A stretch of DNA of 63,770 nucleotides, filler included, from Reclinomonas americana ATCC 50394 (taxonomy: Eukaryota), in assembly GCA_048213135.1 (NCBI GenBank). It is 14 parts of 14 records of this genome, joined end to end, with 100 filler letters (N's around TTAATTAATTAA, not from the genome) between each part and the next. Parts side by side here need not be neighbours in the genome. Positions count along the whole stretch, not along the records: positions 21,540 to 37,766 come from AFZH01018359.1; 13 more parts are not named here. One strand, 5' to 3'. How positions within the stretch are numbered: the stretch's first letter is position 1; each line of letters begins with the position of its first letter. Position numbers and translations under genes: made by a program. Positions 24,861-36,492 of the stretch are shown here, piece by piece. The notes below the pieces were generated by a model. That model did not search any database. It was given only the letters and a program-made list of their open reading frames with translations, and was not told the origin of the DNA.

Positions 24861-27661
24861 AAATAAGAGGAGAACTCGGCGGTGGAGAGAATGAATGTTC
24901 GAAAGCATTCTTGATGAAGAAAGAGCAACGGCATTAGCGAGAGAAAATCGCCTCCCAACGGCATTCGTAAGCATGCACGTGAATCACTCACCGATGGTGT
25001 CGGGCCACTGGCGATGTTTGCCAGAAGAAAGAGAATGAGAAGGGAGTTTGACGACAAAAGAAGTCACATAAAGTCAGGCACACCATCATCGCGGTACTGT
25101 TGCTGACCATGGTCTGGATGGCACTGGTGGAGAATGCAGAAGCTTGCGGCACATACAGAATGCCATTCTTCTCCAGCGCAGTAATGTACCTGAAGCGGGC
25201 GGATCAGAATCAGGCAGCCGCCACGTTGCACACAGCAAGATGGAAGACGCAACAAGGCACCACTCGATGCGCACGCCAGCCCATCACTGGCGCTCAGCTT
25301 ACTGCCGAGCACGGTGACCGCGTTCTGAATGTCCTGGTCGGACGAATTCCTGTGCACATAGATTTTAATCAGCAGTGTGATGGCAAGGAGGTCGCGGAGA
25401 ACTGACGCAACGGATTGCGCAGCACGCTGGCCTGAATACTGTACAGGGTGCGAGAGGTGAGCGGGCACCAATACACCGTGGAACGGTCGCAGGAGAGGGC
25501 GAGCTGTGCGAGGAGTGAGAACTGTCATGAAAGAGAGAGCAAGAAGGTGAGGAACGCAACGCCGTCGGCTCCCGTCTGCATGGCACCCGACGGCAGCACC
25601 GGCACGCCGTTGATGTTGATCCACACATTGGGGTCCGGCTGAGTGGATGGCTGCTGCGACAAGACGCGACGGAAGGTGTTGGAGGTCATGTTGAAGACGA
25701 GGAGACCACCGTAGAGCGGTGCGGCTGGTGCGGGCGGGCTGGTGATGCCGCTGTCCGTCTTGAGGGTTGAATGTAGACGGGGGTGAGGTGGGCGTAACAA
25801 GAGAGTGCGAGGGTGGAGCACGCAACGAGGTAGGCCACTTGCGACAACTCGTCGAGCACAATGTCGTTCATGAATGAGAGTGCAGGGTCCGCCAGGCCTG
25901 CCGCGCAAGAAGTGAGCGGTTTTTGTGTGGACATAGAAGAGCAGCAGAATGACGCACTTGAAGGGATGACGGCGGTGCGCAAGTGAATGTTGTTGATGGT
26001 GTCCCACACCACTGCCGGCGGGCGGTGGTTGGATGGGAGGGAACAATTCTTCAAGGAAGGCTGGGAGGCGACTCACCGAGCTTGATGGAACCTGGAAGTG
26101 CTGGGGCGCCATTAATTTTGCCCTGCGCATGGTAGCAGTTGAGTGTCATTAGAGAGCGAGAAAGTTAGTGGGCGTGGCGTACCTGGTCCAGAATCCAGAT
26201 GTTGTCTGATAAATGGCGAGGAGAAGTGAGGACAAAGGAGAGGGAAGAGAAGAGAGGGAGAGGTGAGGAGAGGGGCTGAGAGGACGGGAAAGGCGAGGGA
26301 GAGGAGAGACGGTACGAAGACACACAAGGCGGAAGTGAGAGAAGGGGGGAAGAGGGACAAAAATGAAATATAATGATTCAAGAAGAGAGGGGTGGCAAGG
26401 TTTGGGGAGGAGAGGGGAGGCAAGGGGAGGCGAGGAGAGAGAGGGAATGGAAAGAGTTGCAGAGTGTGAACTCGCAAAGGTGGAGAGAGCGGAAGAAGAT
26501 GAATGACGTGGTAGGATTCAAGTCAAGATAGCAAGAGCAGAGGGAAGGGAGCACAGCGAAAAGACATCGATCGACGAGAGAAAACATCAAAAAAAGAGCC
26601 AAGACAGCACGTTTTGGAAGAAGCGTCACACACCATTGGTGTCGATCTCGAAGCCGAGCACACTCTGCAATGACTCTGCGCATGATGAACGCTGGTCAGA
26701 AATGGCAGAGATGAAAACACCACAGCGCTATTATCGCACCGACAGTGCCGACTGTGTTCCACTGCCAACTCGGATACGGCGAGCACAGTGGCTGGAAGAA
26801 CGGCACAATCATGAGACACACCAACGCTTTGGAGGAGACGTGGTAAGATCACTCGTACCGAATTGGGTCCGTTTACAAAAACGAGTTTGCACAACTGCGA
26901 TTGGAGAGGGAGTTTAGTCTGCAGGAGCGTGGTAGCACGCAGATGACGGAGTGCCGCACCGTGGCCGGAACACCGGTCTTCCATCGAGGAATGGACTGAA
27001 GGGTAGAGGTCAGTTTAAGGAAAGGCGGCACGAGGGTCGCAATCAGGCGCAACGATAAACACCTGTGCGAGCGACGTGAGTGAGAATGGTCAAGGAAGCA
27101 TGCAAAGGTAAACACGACGCAACATCGCCTCTGCTGTTCATCTTCACGCCTGGAGGAATGCACAGCGAGTGAGCGAAGAGGAGAAGCAGAACGAGAACAG
27201 CGAGGGAGGAGGAGGAGGAGAGGAAGAAGAGAGAAGGAGGAGCAGGAGGAGTAGGAGGAGGAGGAAGAAGAGGTGGACGACACCAAGAGGAACAACAAGA
27301 AAGCGAATGACTCGAGTAGGAGGAGGGGAGAAGGAGAGAGAAGGATGCGAGGGATGCAAGGCATATGCGCCTGACCTCGCGATCCGCACACACAACGAGA
27401 GAGGGTGAAGGAAGAAGAGGGGGGAGAAATCCTTAAGATGCTGACCATGCTGACTGACTGCTCGGAGATTCGGAGCACATCATGCAAGCACCGCATGCCA
27501 CACACACAGAGAGAAGACGCACCTGCAGGCATCACATTCATCCAGCGACCAGTCTCAAAGTACCTGCGCGAGAGAAGAGTGAGAGAAGAGAAGAAAGAAA
27601 TCCGAACATGTGATCACACAGCACAGAGAGAGAGAGAGAGAGAGCATGTGTGTGTGTGGTG

Positions 27662-27693
<32 letters not shown>

Positions 27694-27871
27694 GTGCTCA
27701 CCTTGAAGCCTGAAAGGCACTGGTGAAGGTAAAGTTGAGGAACGGCCATTGCGCAAGCACCTCTGCATTGAACGAAGCAGCCTCTGCTGATGAATATGAA
27801 GAAGTGGTGCTTATGAACACCAGAGCAAAGGCGAGAAGAAGCGAGAGAGATAGCACGGAAAGCGCTCTCAT
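24279..27871 (-). CDS. Yellow/major royal jelly protein (MRJP)-family beta-propeller with signal peptide and C-terminal TM helix; many small exons
   Basis: Spliced product MRALSVLSLSLLLAFALVFI...QWPFLNF...VFISIPRWKTGVPATL...PYPSWQWN...LQSVLGFEIDTNDNIWILDQG...SFMNDIVLD...AYLTDSG...GADGLALSCDRSTVYWCPLTSRTLYSI...IAGWVFLGVAGVAGVAFTVGLIIHLVQKARK*. Confidence 0.88.
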
Positions 27872-27919
27872 GACAGAGAGAGAAAAGTGAAAGTTCGCGC
27901 GCTTTTAAGATTTTCCGAC

Positions 27920-29867
27920 ATGTTGATGTGGAGAGTGGTGAGTGTGCGAGAAAGAGTGTGAGAGTGTGTGCAAGGCAAGGAGGCAAGAAGGAAGTTAGGG
28001 AGGAGGAGATGAGGCAGGGAGTGAGAGAGAGGGACGGACAGGAGAGTGTGTGCAAGAGTTAAAAAGATGAGAATGAGTGCGAAAGAGTGAGTGTGCAAGA
28101 AAGAGTGTGAGAGTGAGTGTGAAGCAGTGAGACAAAGAAGGAGTGAGGGAGGAAGCAATGGGGTAGCAAGTGAGAGCAAGGGAAGGAGAGACTGTGATTG
28201 AGAAAGTGTGTGAGAGAGTTGGAAGAATGAGTGGGAGTGCTGCGATGAGTGTGCAAGAAAGAGTGTGGGAGTGAGTGAGACAAAGAGGGAGTGAGGGAGG
28301 AGGAGATGAGGAAGCGAGCGGGACAGAGGAAAGGAGTGATTGTGGACAGGAGAGTGCGTGAAAGAGTTGGAAGAATGAGAAAGACCGTGCAAGAAAGCGT
28401 AAGAATGCACAGGCGTGAGAGAGTCCAGCGTTTGTGCCTCATATCAGTGATCGCAGCTTGGCACTCGCTTTGCCTCCACGGCGACGACTGGTGCTGTTGG
28501 AGGCAAGGGCGTTCCTTTGCGCGGACGCGAACGGCGACAAGTGGATGGAGTGCAACATATTGTGGCGGTGGCGAGTGGCAAGGGCGGCGTCGGGAAGAGC
28601 ACTGTCTCTGGTCTGCCAGACGCAACGCATGCAGGCGCTGCTTTTGTTTTTTGCGTTGACTGACTCCGGGGGGCGTGCAGTGAATCTGGCTCTGGCGCTG
28701 TCGCACTTGGGGATGCGAGTGGGACTGCTGGATGCGGATATCTATGGGCCATCGGTGCCGCGTTTGTTGCGGTTGTCGGGCAAGCCGCAAGTGAATGCTG
28801 GTGAGAGTGGATCTAAGACAGCTCACACATATGTGCAACGTTGATCTCTTTCTCTTTCTCTGTCTCTCTGTCTCATGCAGTCCTCACCATTTCCTCGCTC
28901 CTCATTGCTCTTGATCCCCTGCAGCGCCAACTTATTCCTTGTGACTCGCTCACCCCCTTTTCTGTCACCCTTCCCTCTTCCCCCTTCTCTCTTCCTCTCC
29001 CTTCTCCCCCTTCTCCCCCCTTCTCCTCCCTCCCCCGCAGACCGCCTGCTCGTTCCCATGCAAAACTACGGCATCAAATCGATGTCCATGGGCTACATTG
29101 TGCCGGAGGACGCGCCGACCATTTGGCGTGGACCCATGGTCATGGGTGCCATCAACCAGATGCTGTATCAGGTGGCGTGGGCACCACTCGACGTGCTGGT
29201 GGTGGACTTGCCGCCTGGCACCGGCGATGCGCAGCTCACGCTGACACAAGAGGTGCCGTTGAGTGGTGAGTGTGGGGGGAAAGAGCAACTTGCACTTTTG
29301 TCAACCACATTCCTCCTCCTTTCCTTTTCACTCCTTTCCCCATCCTTCCCCCCGATGCCCATCACAGGCGCGGTCATTGTGTCGACCCCGCAAGACATTG
29401 CACTGATTGATGCGCGGAGAGCTGTCAACATGTTCCACAAAGTGAATGTGCCGGTGCGTCAGCAGGGATATTCTTCCCCCGTTGAAAACATGTGTCTCAC
29501 TGTCGACATCTATAGATCATTGGCCTGGTGGAAAACATGAGCCACTACAAGTGCACGAACTGCGGTCACGTGGATCACATTTTCGGCGAGGCCGGCGCAC
29601 AGCGAACAGCAAAGGAGATGAACTTGAATTACCTCGGCGACATTCCACTCGACACGCGCATCCGGTTTGCGTCTCACACTCTCGCCTCAGGGAAAAAATG
29701 TCATTGACATGTGTGTGGAACACAGCGTCAACTCGGACGAGGGCACGCCGGTGGTGGCATTCCACGTGGACGATCCCATTGCACAGCCGTATCTGGCACT
29801 CGGGCGAGCAGTGCTGGACAGCCTCACGAGGTCGGCTCCAGCAGGACCGACAATAAAGTTTGAGTAA
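27920..29867 (+). CDS. NUBPL: Mitochondrial Mrp/NBP35-family Fe-S scaffold ATPase (Ind1)
   Basis: [67 protein letters not shown]. The inferred first exon 27920-27937 (MLMWRV) plus LGTRFAST resembles a mitochondrial presequence; the start is less certain than the body. Confidence 0.93.
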
Positions 29868-29889
29868 AGCAACGATTGCGCACTCCACT

Positions 29890-32800
29890 TTAATGGTTCA
29901 GCACAGTGAGCGACAGCGGACGCACCATGTCGAGCAGCTGCGTCATGCTCTCGACAAAGGCCTCGGAGATCGAATTGACCAACTGCGCCGTGTCGTCGTT
30001 GAAGCGGCTCCGGATGGCAAAGAACGGATTGTAGTGCGTCTGTGGTGGGGAGAATGTGAGTCATCGAGGTGAGACGCTCTCCCTATTTCTTCATCAACCC
30101 GCACTCACCTCCGGACCAATCTTCGACTCGGGACGCAAAATGTCGTTGCGTACCTGGTCGCTGTCAATCGGCAGCGTCGGCATGTACGCACACTTGTCGC
30201 CGTAAAACAGCACATCGTCCCATCCATCGCCCTGCGGGTCGGGACGATCGTTGATACGGACCGAGGCCTTTTCCACACTCGGCAGCACCCGGCGAATGGC
30301 TGTGCACGACGCATGAGCATCACGAATGCGAAATATTCGAAAGCAGGGAGGCGCAAGGATACCTTCGCCATTCTCGTCCACTTGACCGCGGCTGGGCGAG
30401 GTGACGGTCGGCTCCGAGGGGCCAGCATCGCCCGTCACGCTTTCCGAGTCCTGCGTTTGCGCATAGTACAGTGAGTATGTTGCGTGAGCACACTCCCTCA
30501 ATTCCCTTCCATTCTCACCTCATCGGCCAGCTCTGCTCGCGCGGCCGCGGCGGCGGCAGCAGCAGCAGTGGCCGCGTCAACCACCTGCAAGAACAAATAG
30601 GAGTGAGACGCAAAGCACGTTGTGCGGTAAGTGAACTTCCGCGCCCGGCACGCAACATGGAACTGCACGAGTGGCTGACGGTGCACACGGGCGACGAGGC
30701 ACGTGTCGGGGATCCACTCCAGCGAATTCGTCATCGATGGCGCAATGGGGAACACGCCCGAGAGCAGCGCAATGTCGCGGTGAGCACGATGCTCCGTCTC
30801 GATGTCCTTGATACGGACGCCCTCAATGTCGACACCTGACTGGTTCGACACAAACAGATTGAGGCCAGCCTCCGAGAGCAACTGAGGGGCGGCGAGTGAG
30901 TGATCAGCATGGTGGGAGAGGCACCGCGCAATGCCTGCTACACACCCGAATCAACACTGGCGCCGGCATGGGCTTGTTGCGAATGTGATTCAATTCCGGA
31001 TCCTGCGGCTTTTGCAGAATGCACATGCCATCCTGCGTAATGCGTGTCAGTTCAACTCTCCAACCCAGAGCAACAAGTGCTCGCCCGCACACAAACCTCC
31101 TCGACCACAATCTCCACCTCCTTCTCCGCCACGCTCCATCTCCTCTTGCCGGCGACGGTAAACACGGCACGCGAGTAGCCGGCCGGGGTGATGCTCCACG
31201 CGGCAAATGGCAAATCAAACGAGCGTTCCTGGGAGAGTTGCAGATGAGTGGCAATTGGAAGAGCAAGCGAGGAGCGTCCACGCTATGCGCAACATGCAGA
31301 ATGGCCAAATGCGTCAAATGCAGTGTTGTGAATGTCAGCTTGCGCGTTGCGACCTCGTAGTTAATATCAGTGACATCCCCACGCGTCCAGGCATCGTTCA
31401 TCTGCACGCCAGCCGCTCAGCCACTACTTCCATGGCATTCACGCACATGCTTTCGCCTCACAGCTCACCTCATCCCACCAGCCAATCAGCGGTCTCTCTT
31501 CGCGAATGAGTACATTCGACGGCACCGTGTACGAGAGTCGCATCGGTTGCGAGTTGGCACCCATGGCGGAGAGCGGCGGGTACGGGATGCGCTGCACAGA
31601 AGTCGACAGACTCGTCACTGTGCAACAGCGATGTCAGTACTCGTCATGATAGAGAGCTTGGCAATAAAGGCCGCAACTTGGCTGCAGGCGCCAGTGATTG
31701 TGCTCGGTGGAGGCCGGTGGAATCGCCAGCACCTCAACAGAGAACACGCCACCCTGTCACGCGACGGAGAGTGTGTAAGAGGCACACACCAGGCGAGGCG
31801 CATCGTGCAGTCAACGCGGTGACGCAACAATCGAATAGTACGGATCCTCGGGTGCAATCTCCTCGTCTTCGCCACCCAACGGCCAGCGAGATGCGGCCGA
31901 CGACTCGGCGTGCGGCGTCGCAGCTGTTCGTGCGCGCACATGAGACTCCAACAAATCTACACCTACAGCGAGCGAGTATAGCACACCGGACGCGGGTCGC
32001 TTGCCATCTCCCGACACCGCCGACGCCGAATCGCCACCTTGCGCATTGGCCTCGGCCAGTGCCGCCATCTTGTTGTAATCAAACGGCGGACGCCTGGTGA
32101 GCACGTCGTACATGCACCGCAAGAAGCGAATGGCGACGGGCTGGCGAGTGAGGGCCTTCGGCAGCTCGCAGTGCACGCCCAGGTGAGGGAAGTGCAGGTC
32201 CTTATTGCTGCGTAGTATGAAAGAAAGAGGATGGTTGGCGGATGCAGAGAGAATAAGGGAGTTTCAACTGAGGCGCAACAGCTGTGAGCGGGCAATGTTG
32301 ACCCACACGCCAATGCTGATCAGCGGGCCGACGAACTCGCATTGTGAGGGGGCGGCCTGCGGCAGGGGGAAGGGGAGGAGAAAGGGAAAGGAAGGGGGTG
32401 AGGAAAGGGAAGGGAGAGGGAAAGGGAAAGGGGGAGGGAAGGGAGAGGGAAAGGGAAAGGGGGAGGGAAAGGACAGGGAAAGGACAGGGAAAGGAGAGGG
32501 AAAGGAGAGGGAAAGGGAGAGGGAAAGGGAGAAGAGGGAACGGGAATGGGAAAGGTGCAACACGAGAAAGACATGACATGAGGAGGATGAAAGGCGAGGG
32601 AGTGAGGGAAGGGAAACGGAGAGGGAAAGGAAGGGAGAGGGACAAGATGGGAGACGGAAGGAGAGGAAGGCAGAGGAGGTGAGAGAAAGGGAAGGGTGCA
32701 AGAAGAGAAAGACATGAAATGAGGAGAAAAACGAGGGGGGAAGGATAATGATGCAGAGTGGGGACGGTGCTGAAGAACCGCGTGTGAGATGTGGAAGAAG

Positions 32801-35302
32801 GGAGTCGCACATCCGCAAGTGCGAAGTTGCCAGCAAGAAGAGTAAACAAAGGGCAGACAGGATTTGAGAACAGGACAAAAGGAGATCGGGTGAGATGAAC
32901 AAGGAAGACCGCGAGTTGTAAGGTTGCAAATATTGAAAGAGCGTCTAAAAAGCCACGCTGAAGGAGGACAGAGAGAGGGAGAGAGAGAAGAGAAGAGAAG
33001 AGAAGAAGCAGAACCGATACGAGGAGAGCACATGGCGGGAGGGAGGGATGAAGCGCATAAGTTGGGAGGCGCAGGTAGGAGAAGACTGAACACAGCCATG
33101 AGAGCAGGCGAGACCGACAAGAGACTTGTTTGCTCAGGTTGAGGAGAAAGACGAGCAGCACGGTTCCAGATCGCTTGCAAAACACATACCGGCTCACGCT
33201 CTCGAGTACGATCGACCGTGTGCGTTGTCTCCGGACCAAGCACCAAGTACTTTTCCTTGTGCTGTTGCACGTGCACACGTGTGAGCACGGGACGACATCG
33301 ATCAGAGATCCTACAGCTCACACACCAGCAGAATGTGCGCCGTCAAGCGGTCAATCATGGCCACGAGATTCTTGCGCAGGCGGTGAGCCTGGCGCTCCAG
33401 CGTGCACAGCAGCGGTACCGAGTGCGGCTTGAAGCGGAATGCGCTGCGCCAGATGGGCTCACGAGGACCCTCGTCCTTTTCGCGACGACCCGAGCGGCTG
33501 TGCGAAGGATACAAAATTGATTGAGAAGGAAAAAAAGGTGAGAGAGGGCAGCGGTAGAAACACACGCACCGCACGCCACTCGGTCCCTCATTCGCATCGT
33601 CACCCTCACTGCGATGCGTCGGTTCGCGACTGCTGTCGCCGCCGGCGCCATCGGAGCGTGGCGACCGATGCTCTCCATCCTCCTCGTCGTGCTCCTCGTC
33701 ATCGTCGAGGCCCGCATCGTCGTCCTCCTCGTCGTCGTCGTCCATCAGCGACTCCGGGTCTACTTGCACCAAATAGTGCTCCTCCATGATTTCGTGCTTC
33801 TCCACCGACAGGCGCTGAATCGTGCTCTCGAGGTCGCCGACGGTCTCCACCAGCCACTCGCAGTCGTTCAGCACGCTCTCCGGCTTGGTGACCTTTAGCT
33901 GCGACGACACCTCGTCCCACTTGGTGACAAAGGCGTTGACGGCGATCTCGTTCTCCGAGTCGGGAACGCGGTCGCAGGTGAAGTGGCGGTCGTCCTGGAG
34001 GAATGGGGGAAAGGGAGGGGAAGAGGAAGGGAGGAAAGGGGAGCGGATGAGAGAGAGGGAGAGAGATGAAAGAAGAGGGATGTGCGCTGGCAGTGGATGA
34101 TAAGCGCGGATGCATGACGAAGAGATGAACACACGACGCTCAGACGACGGGATACGGAAATCGAAAGCAGGCGACAAAGAGATCGAGGATGCGATGTGAG
34201 AAGACGAAGCATGCACGCTACAGAGTGAAAATCAAGGGCATGAGCAGATACGAATGTGGAAGACAAGAAGAGAATCGACAAAAGGATAATAGGAGTCAGC
34301 AAGTGAGCGATTCAAGAGGTGACGGAGTGAGAGCAAGGAATGATGGAAGGGGTGCGATGGATGCTGCTAGCGAAAGAGAAAGCTCATCGTATCTCAGATG
34401 AGATGATGGAGAAAGAAAACACGATAGAGGTGATGCGCAGGGCAACGAGGAACCAAGGCGAGCAGAAGAGCGATGTATGCAACAGCGCAAGTGAAGATGA
34501 GGCAACAACAAAGATAGCAGCGTGCAACGTGCCAGTAAGCAATACAACAGGCGAGAAGGAAGGAACCACCTGCCTGCGTGTCACACACACCTCTCGACGC
34601 ATCGCCATCTCCCGTCGCGCACGGCTGAGCCAGTACTGTCGCTCCACCAACTGCTCCTCGTAGTCAAGGCATTCCTTGTTGATGCGCTCGAGCTCTTCCG
34701 CGCGCTTCTCGGCCTCGGCGGCGAGACGGGCTGTAAAGAGAGAGAGAGATGAAGGAGAGGGCGGAAAGGGAAAGGGAGGAAGGTGAGTGAGAGAGAAAGA
34801 GTGCGCGAGTGAGTCATGGAGAAGTGTAAGCCATGGATGCACAGGATGCGAGTGAGGGAGTGAGTGAGTGAGTGTGAGTGTGAGTGAGTGTGAGTGTGTG
34901 AGTGTGAGTGTGTGCGTGTGTGAGTGTGTGTCCATATCTTTCTCCCTCCTCTCTCTCTCTCTCTCTCTCTTGTCACTACTCTCTCTTGTCACTACTCTCT
35001 CTCTCCTCCCTCCTCTCTCTCTCTCCCTCCCTCTTTGCAACTCTGTCCATCACTCACCCTTCTCCTCCTTCTCGCGTCGTTTCCGCTCCTTTTCCGCCTC
35101 GATGCGCTGCCTCTCTTCTTCCTCCGCTCGCAGCCGATCCTCCTCCTCCTTGCGCTCTGTGCGCGAAAGAGAGAGTGAGTGACTGAGTGAGAGAGACACA
35201 CACAGAGGAATATCACACGCAACTGCGCTCCTCCTCAAGTCGCTGCTTCTTCGTCAGCTTCTTGCCCTTCTTTCCATCTGCAGCTGCGGCCTTGGGCGGC
35301 AT
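29890..35302 (-). CDS. DNAI7: Axonemal dynein intermediate chain 7 / CASC1 / CFAP94 (IC97-like)
   Basis: MPPKAAAADGKKGKKLTKKQRLEEE coiled coil; FTCDRVPD..NAFVTKW; IGVWVN; ELPKAL..VAIRFL..YD; DLPFAAWSITP; C-terminal FVESMTQLLDMVRPLSL. All recall CASC1-family motifs. Confidence 0.82.
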
Positions 35303-35331
35303 GTCTCTCACAAGAAAACAGTGAGGAAAGA

Positions 35332-35343
35332 TTTCGCGCCAAA
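35332..35343. promoter_or_regulatory. E2F-like element TTTCGCGCCAAA in the ~100-bp divergent promoter
   Basis: Matches the classic overlapping E2F site sequence, between the DNAI7 ATG (35302) and the WD40 ATG (35405). Function unverified. Confidence 0.35.
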
Positions 35344-35404
35344 AAGAACAACGCACCAATCGCCCGTTGATCGGCCTGGACCGTGGATCCCCTTTTTGTT
35401 GTGC

Positions 35405-36343
35405 ATGTTTCTCAGCAAGTTCACCCTGCGCGGCCACACTGACAATGTTCTCTCCGTTGCTGTCACTCCCAACGGCCAACACGTTGTCAGCGGGAGTGCA
35501 GACACAACAGTGCGCGTGTGGTCACTGGCGAGTGGCGAGGAGGTGCGAAGACTGGAGGCGCACAGTGGAGAGGTGTGCACTGTGGCCGTCACTCCCGACG
35601 GTCATCACGTTGTCAGCGGGAGCAGCGACAATACAGTGAGAGTGTGGTCTCTGGCGACTGGGGAACAAGTGCGCCGGTTGAATGGACACGACAGCATGGT
35701 GTTCTCTGTCGCTGTCACCCCCGACAGTCGGCACGTTGTCAGTGGGAGTGTGGACGGTACAGTGCGAGTGTGGTCAGTGGCGAGTGGAGATGAACTGTGG
35801 CAGGTGGAGGAACACTATGGAGGCGTGGAGTGTGTGACCGTCACTGTCGATGGCAAGCACGTGGTGAGCTGTGATGCTGACATGAGTGTGCGAGTGTGGT
35901 CCATGGCGGCGAGTGGCGAGCTTGTGCGACGACTGGCGGGTCACGCCGACCAGATCAGCTCGCTGGCCACCACCCCCGACGGACTGTACATTGTCGGGGG
36001 GAGTCCAGACCAGATGGTGTATGTGTGGTCGCTGGCGAGTGGTGAGGAAGACGTGCGACAGCTGAAGGGACACACGGACACAGTGCGGTCGGTGGCCGCC
36101 ACCGCCGATGGTCGGCACGTGGTAAGCGGAAGTGCTGATATGACCGTGCGGGTGTGGTTTTCGCCGGCGGCCTGCGCTCGAGGCGAGGTCGACGAAGCCC
36201 GCGCGGCCATGCGCGCTGTGCAGGAGATGCAAGGGGAAGAAGATCGTCGGTGCCTTGTCGAAACGGTGCTGCGCTGCTTCTTGGTCGAGGAGGCTGAGGT
36301 CGTGTTGTATCGGAGTCGGGAGGATCCCGTGCTGCACGTGTGA
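35405..36343 (+). CDS. Intronless WD40-repeat protein (6 repeats) with a conserved helical C-terminal tail
   Basis: Repeated GHxxxVxSVAVTPDGxHVVSGSxDxTVRVWS in an uninterrupted ORF; first ATG at 35405. Confidence 0.92.
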   Translation: MFLSKFTLRGHTDNVLSVAVTPNGQHVVSGSADTTVRVWSLASGEEVRRLEAHSGEVCTVAVTPDGHHVVSGSSDNTVRVWSLATGEQVRRLNGHDSMVFSVAVTPDSRHVVSGSVDGTVRVWSVASGDELWQVEEHYGGVECVTVTVDGKHVVSCDADMSVRVWSMAASGELVRRLAGHADQISSLATTPDGLYIVGGSPDQMVYVWSLASGEEDVRQLKGHTDTVRSVAATADGRHVVSGSADMTVRVWFSPAACARGEVDEARAAMRAVQEMQGEEDRRCLVETVLRCFLVEEAEVVLYRSREDPVLHV

Positions 36344-36492
36344 CTGCTGTCACTCGTCGTTACTCTTCTTTCTCTCTTCAGTTGTCAATGAACGCATTCT
36401 CGCTGTTAATCCTCTGAGCTGCAATCGCAGCAACAGAATGCCACGTCACAGGACTTCATTGCATCTTTCTTCCTCTTTTCTCCACGCGCCAC

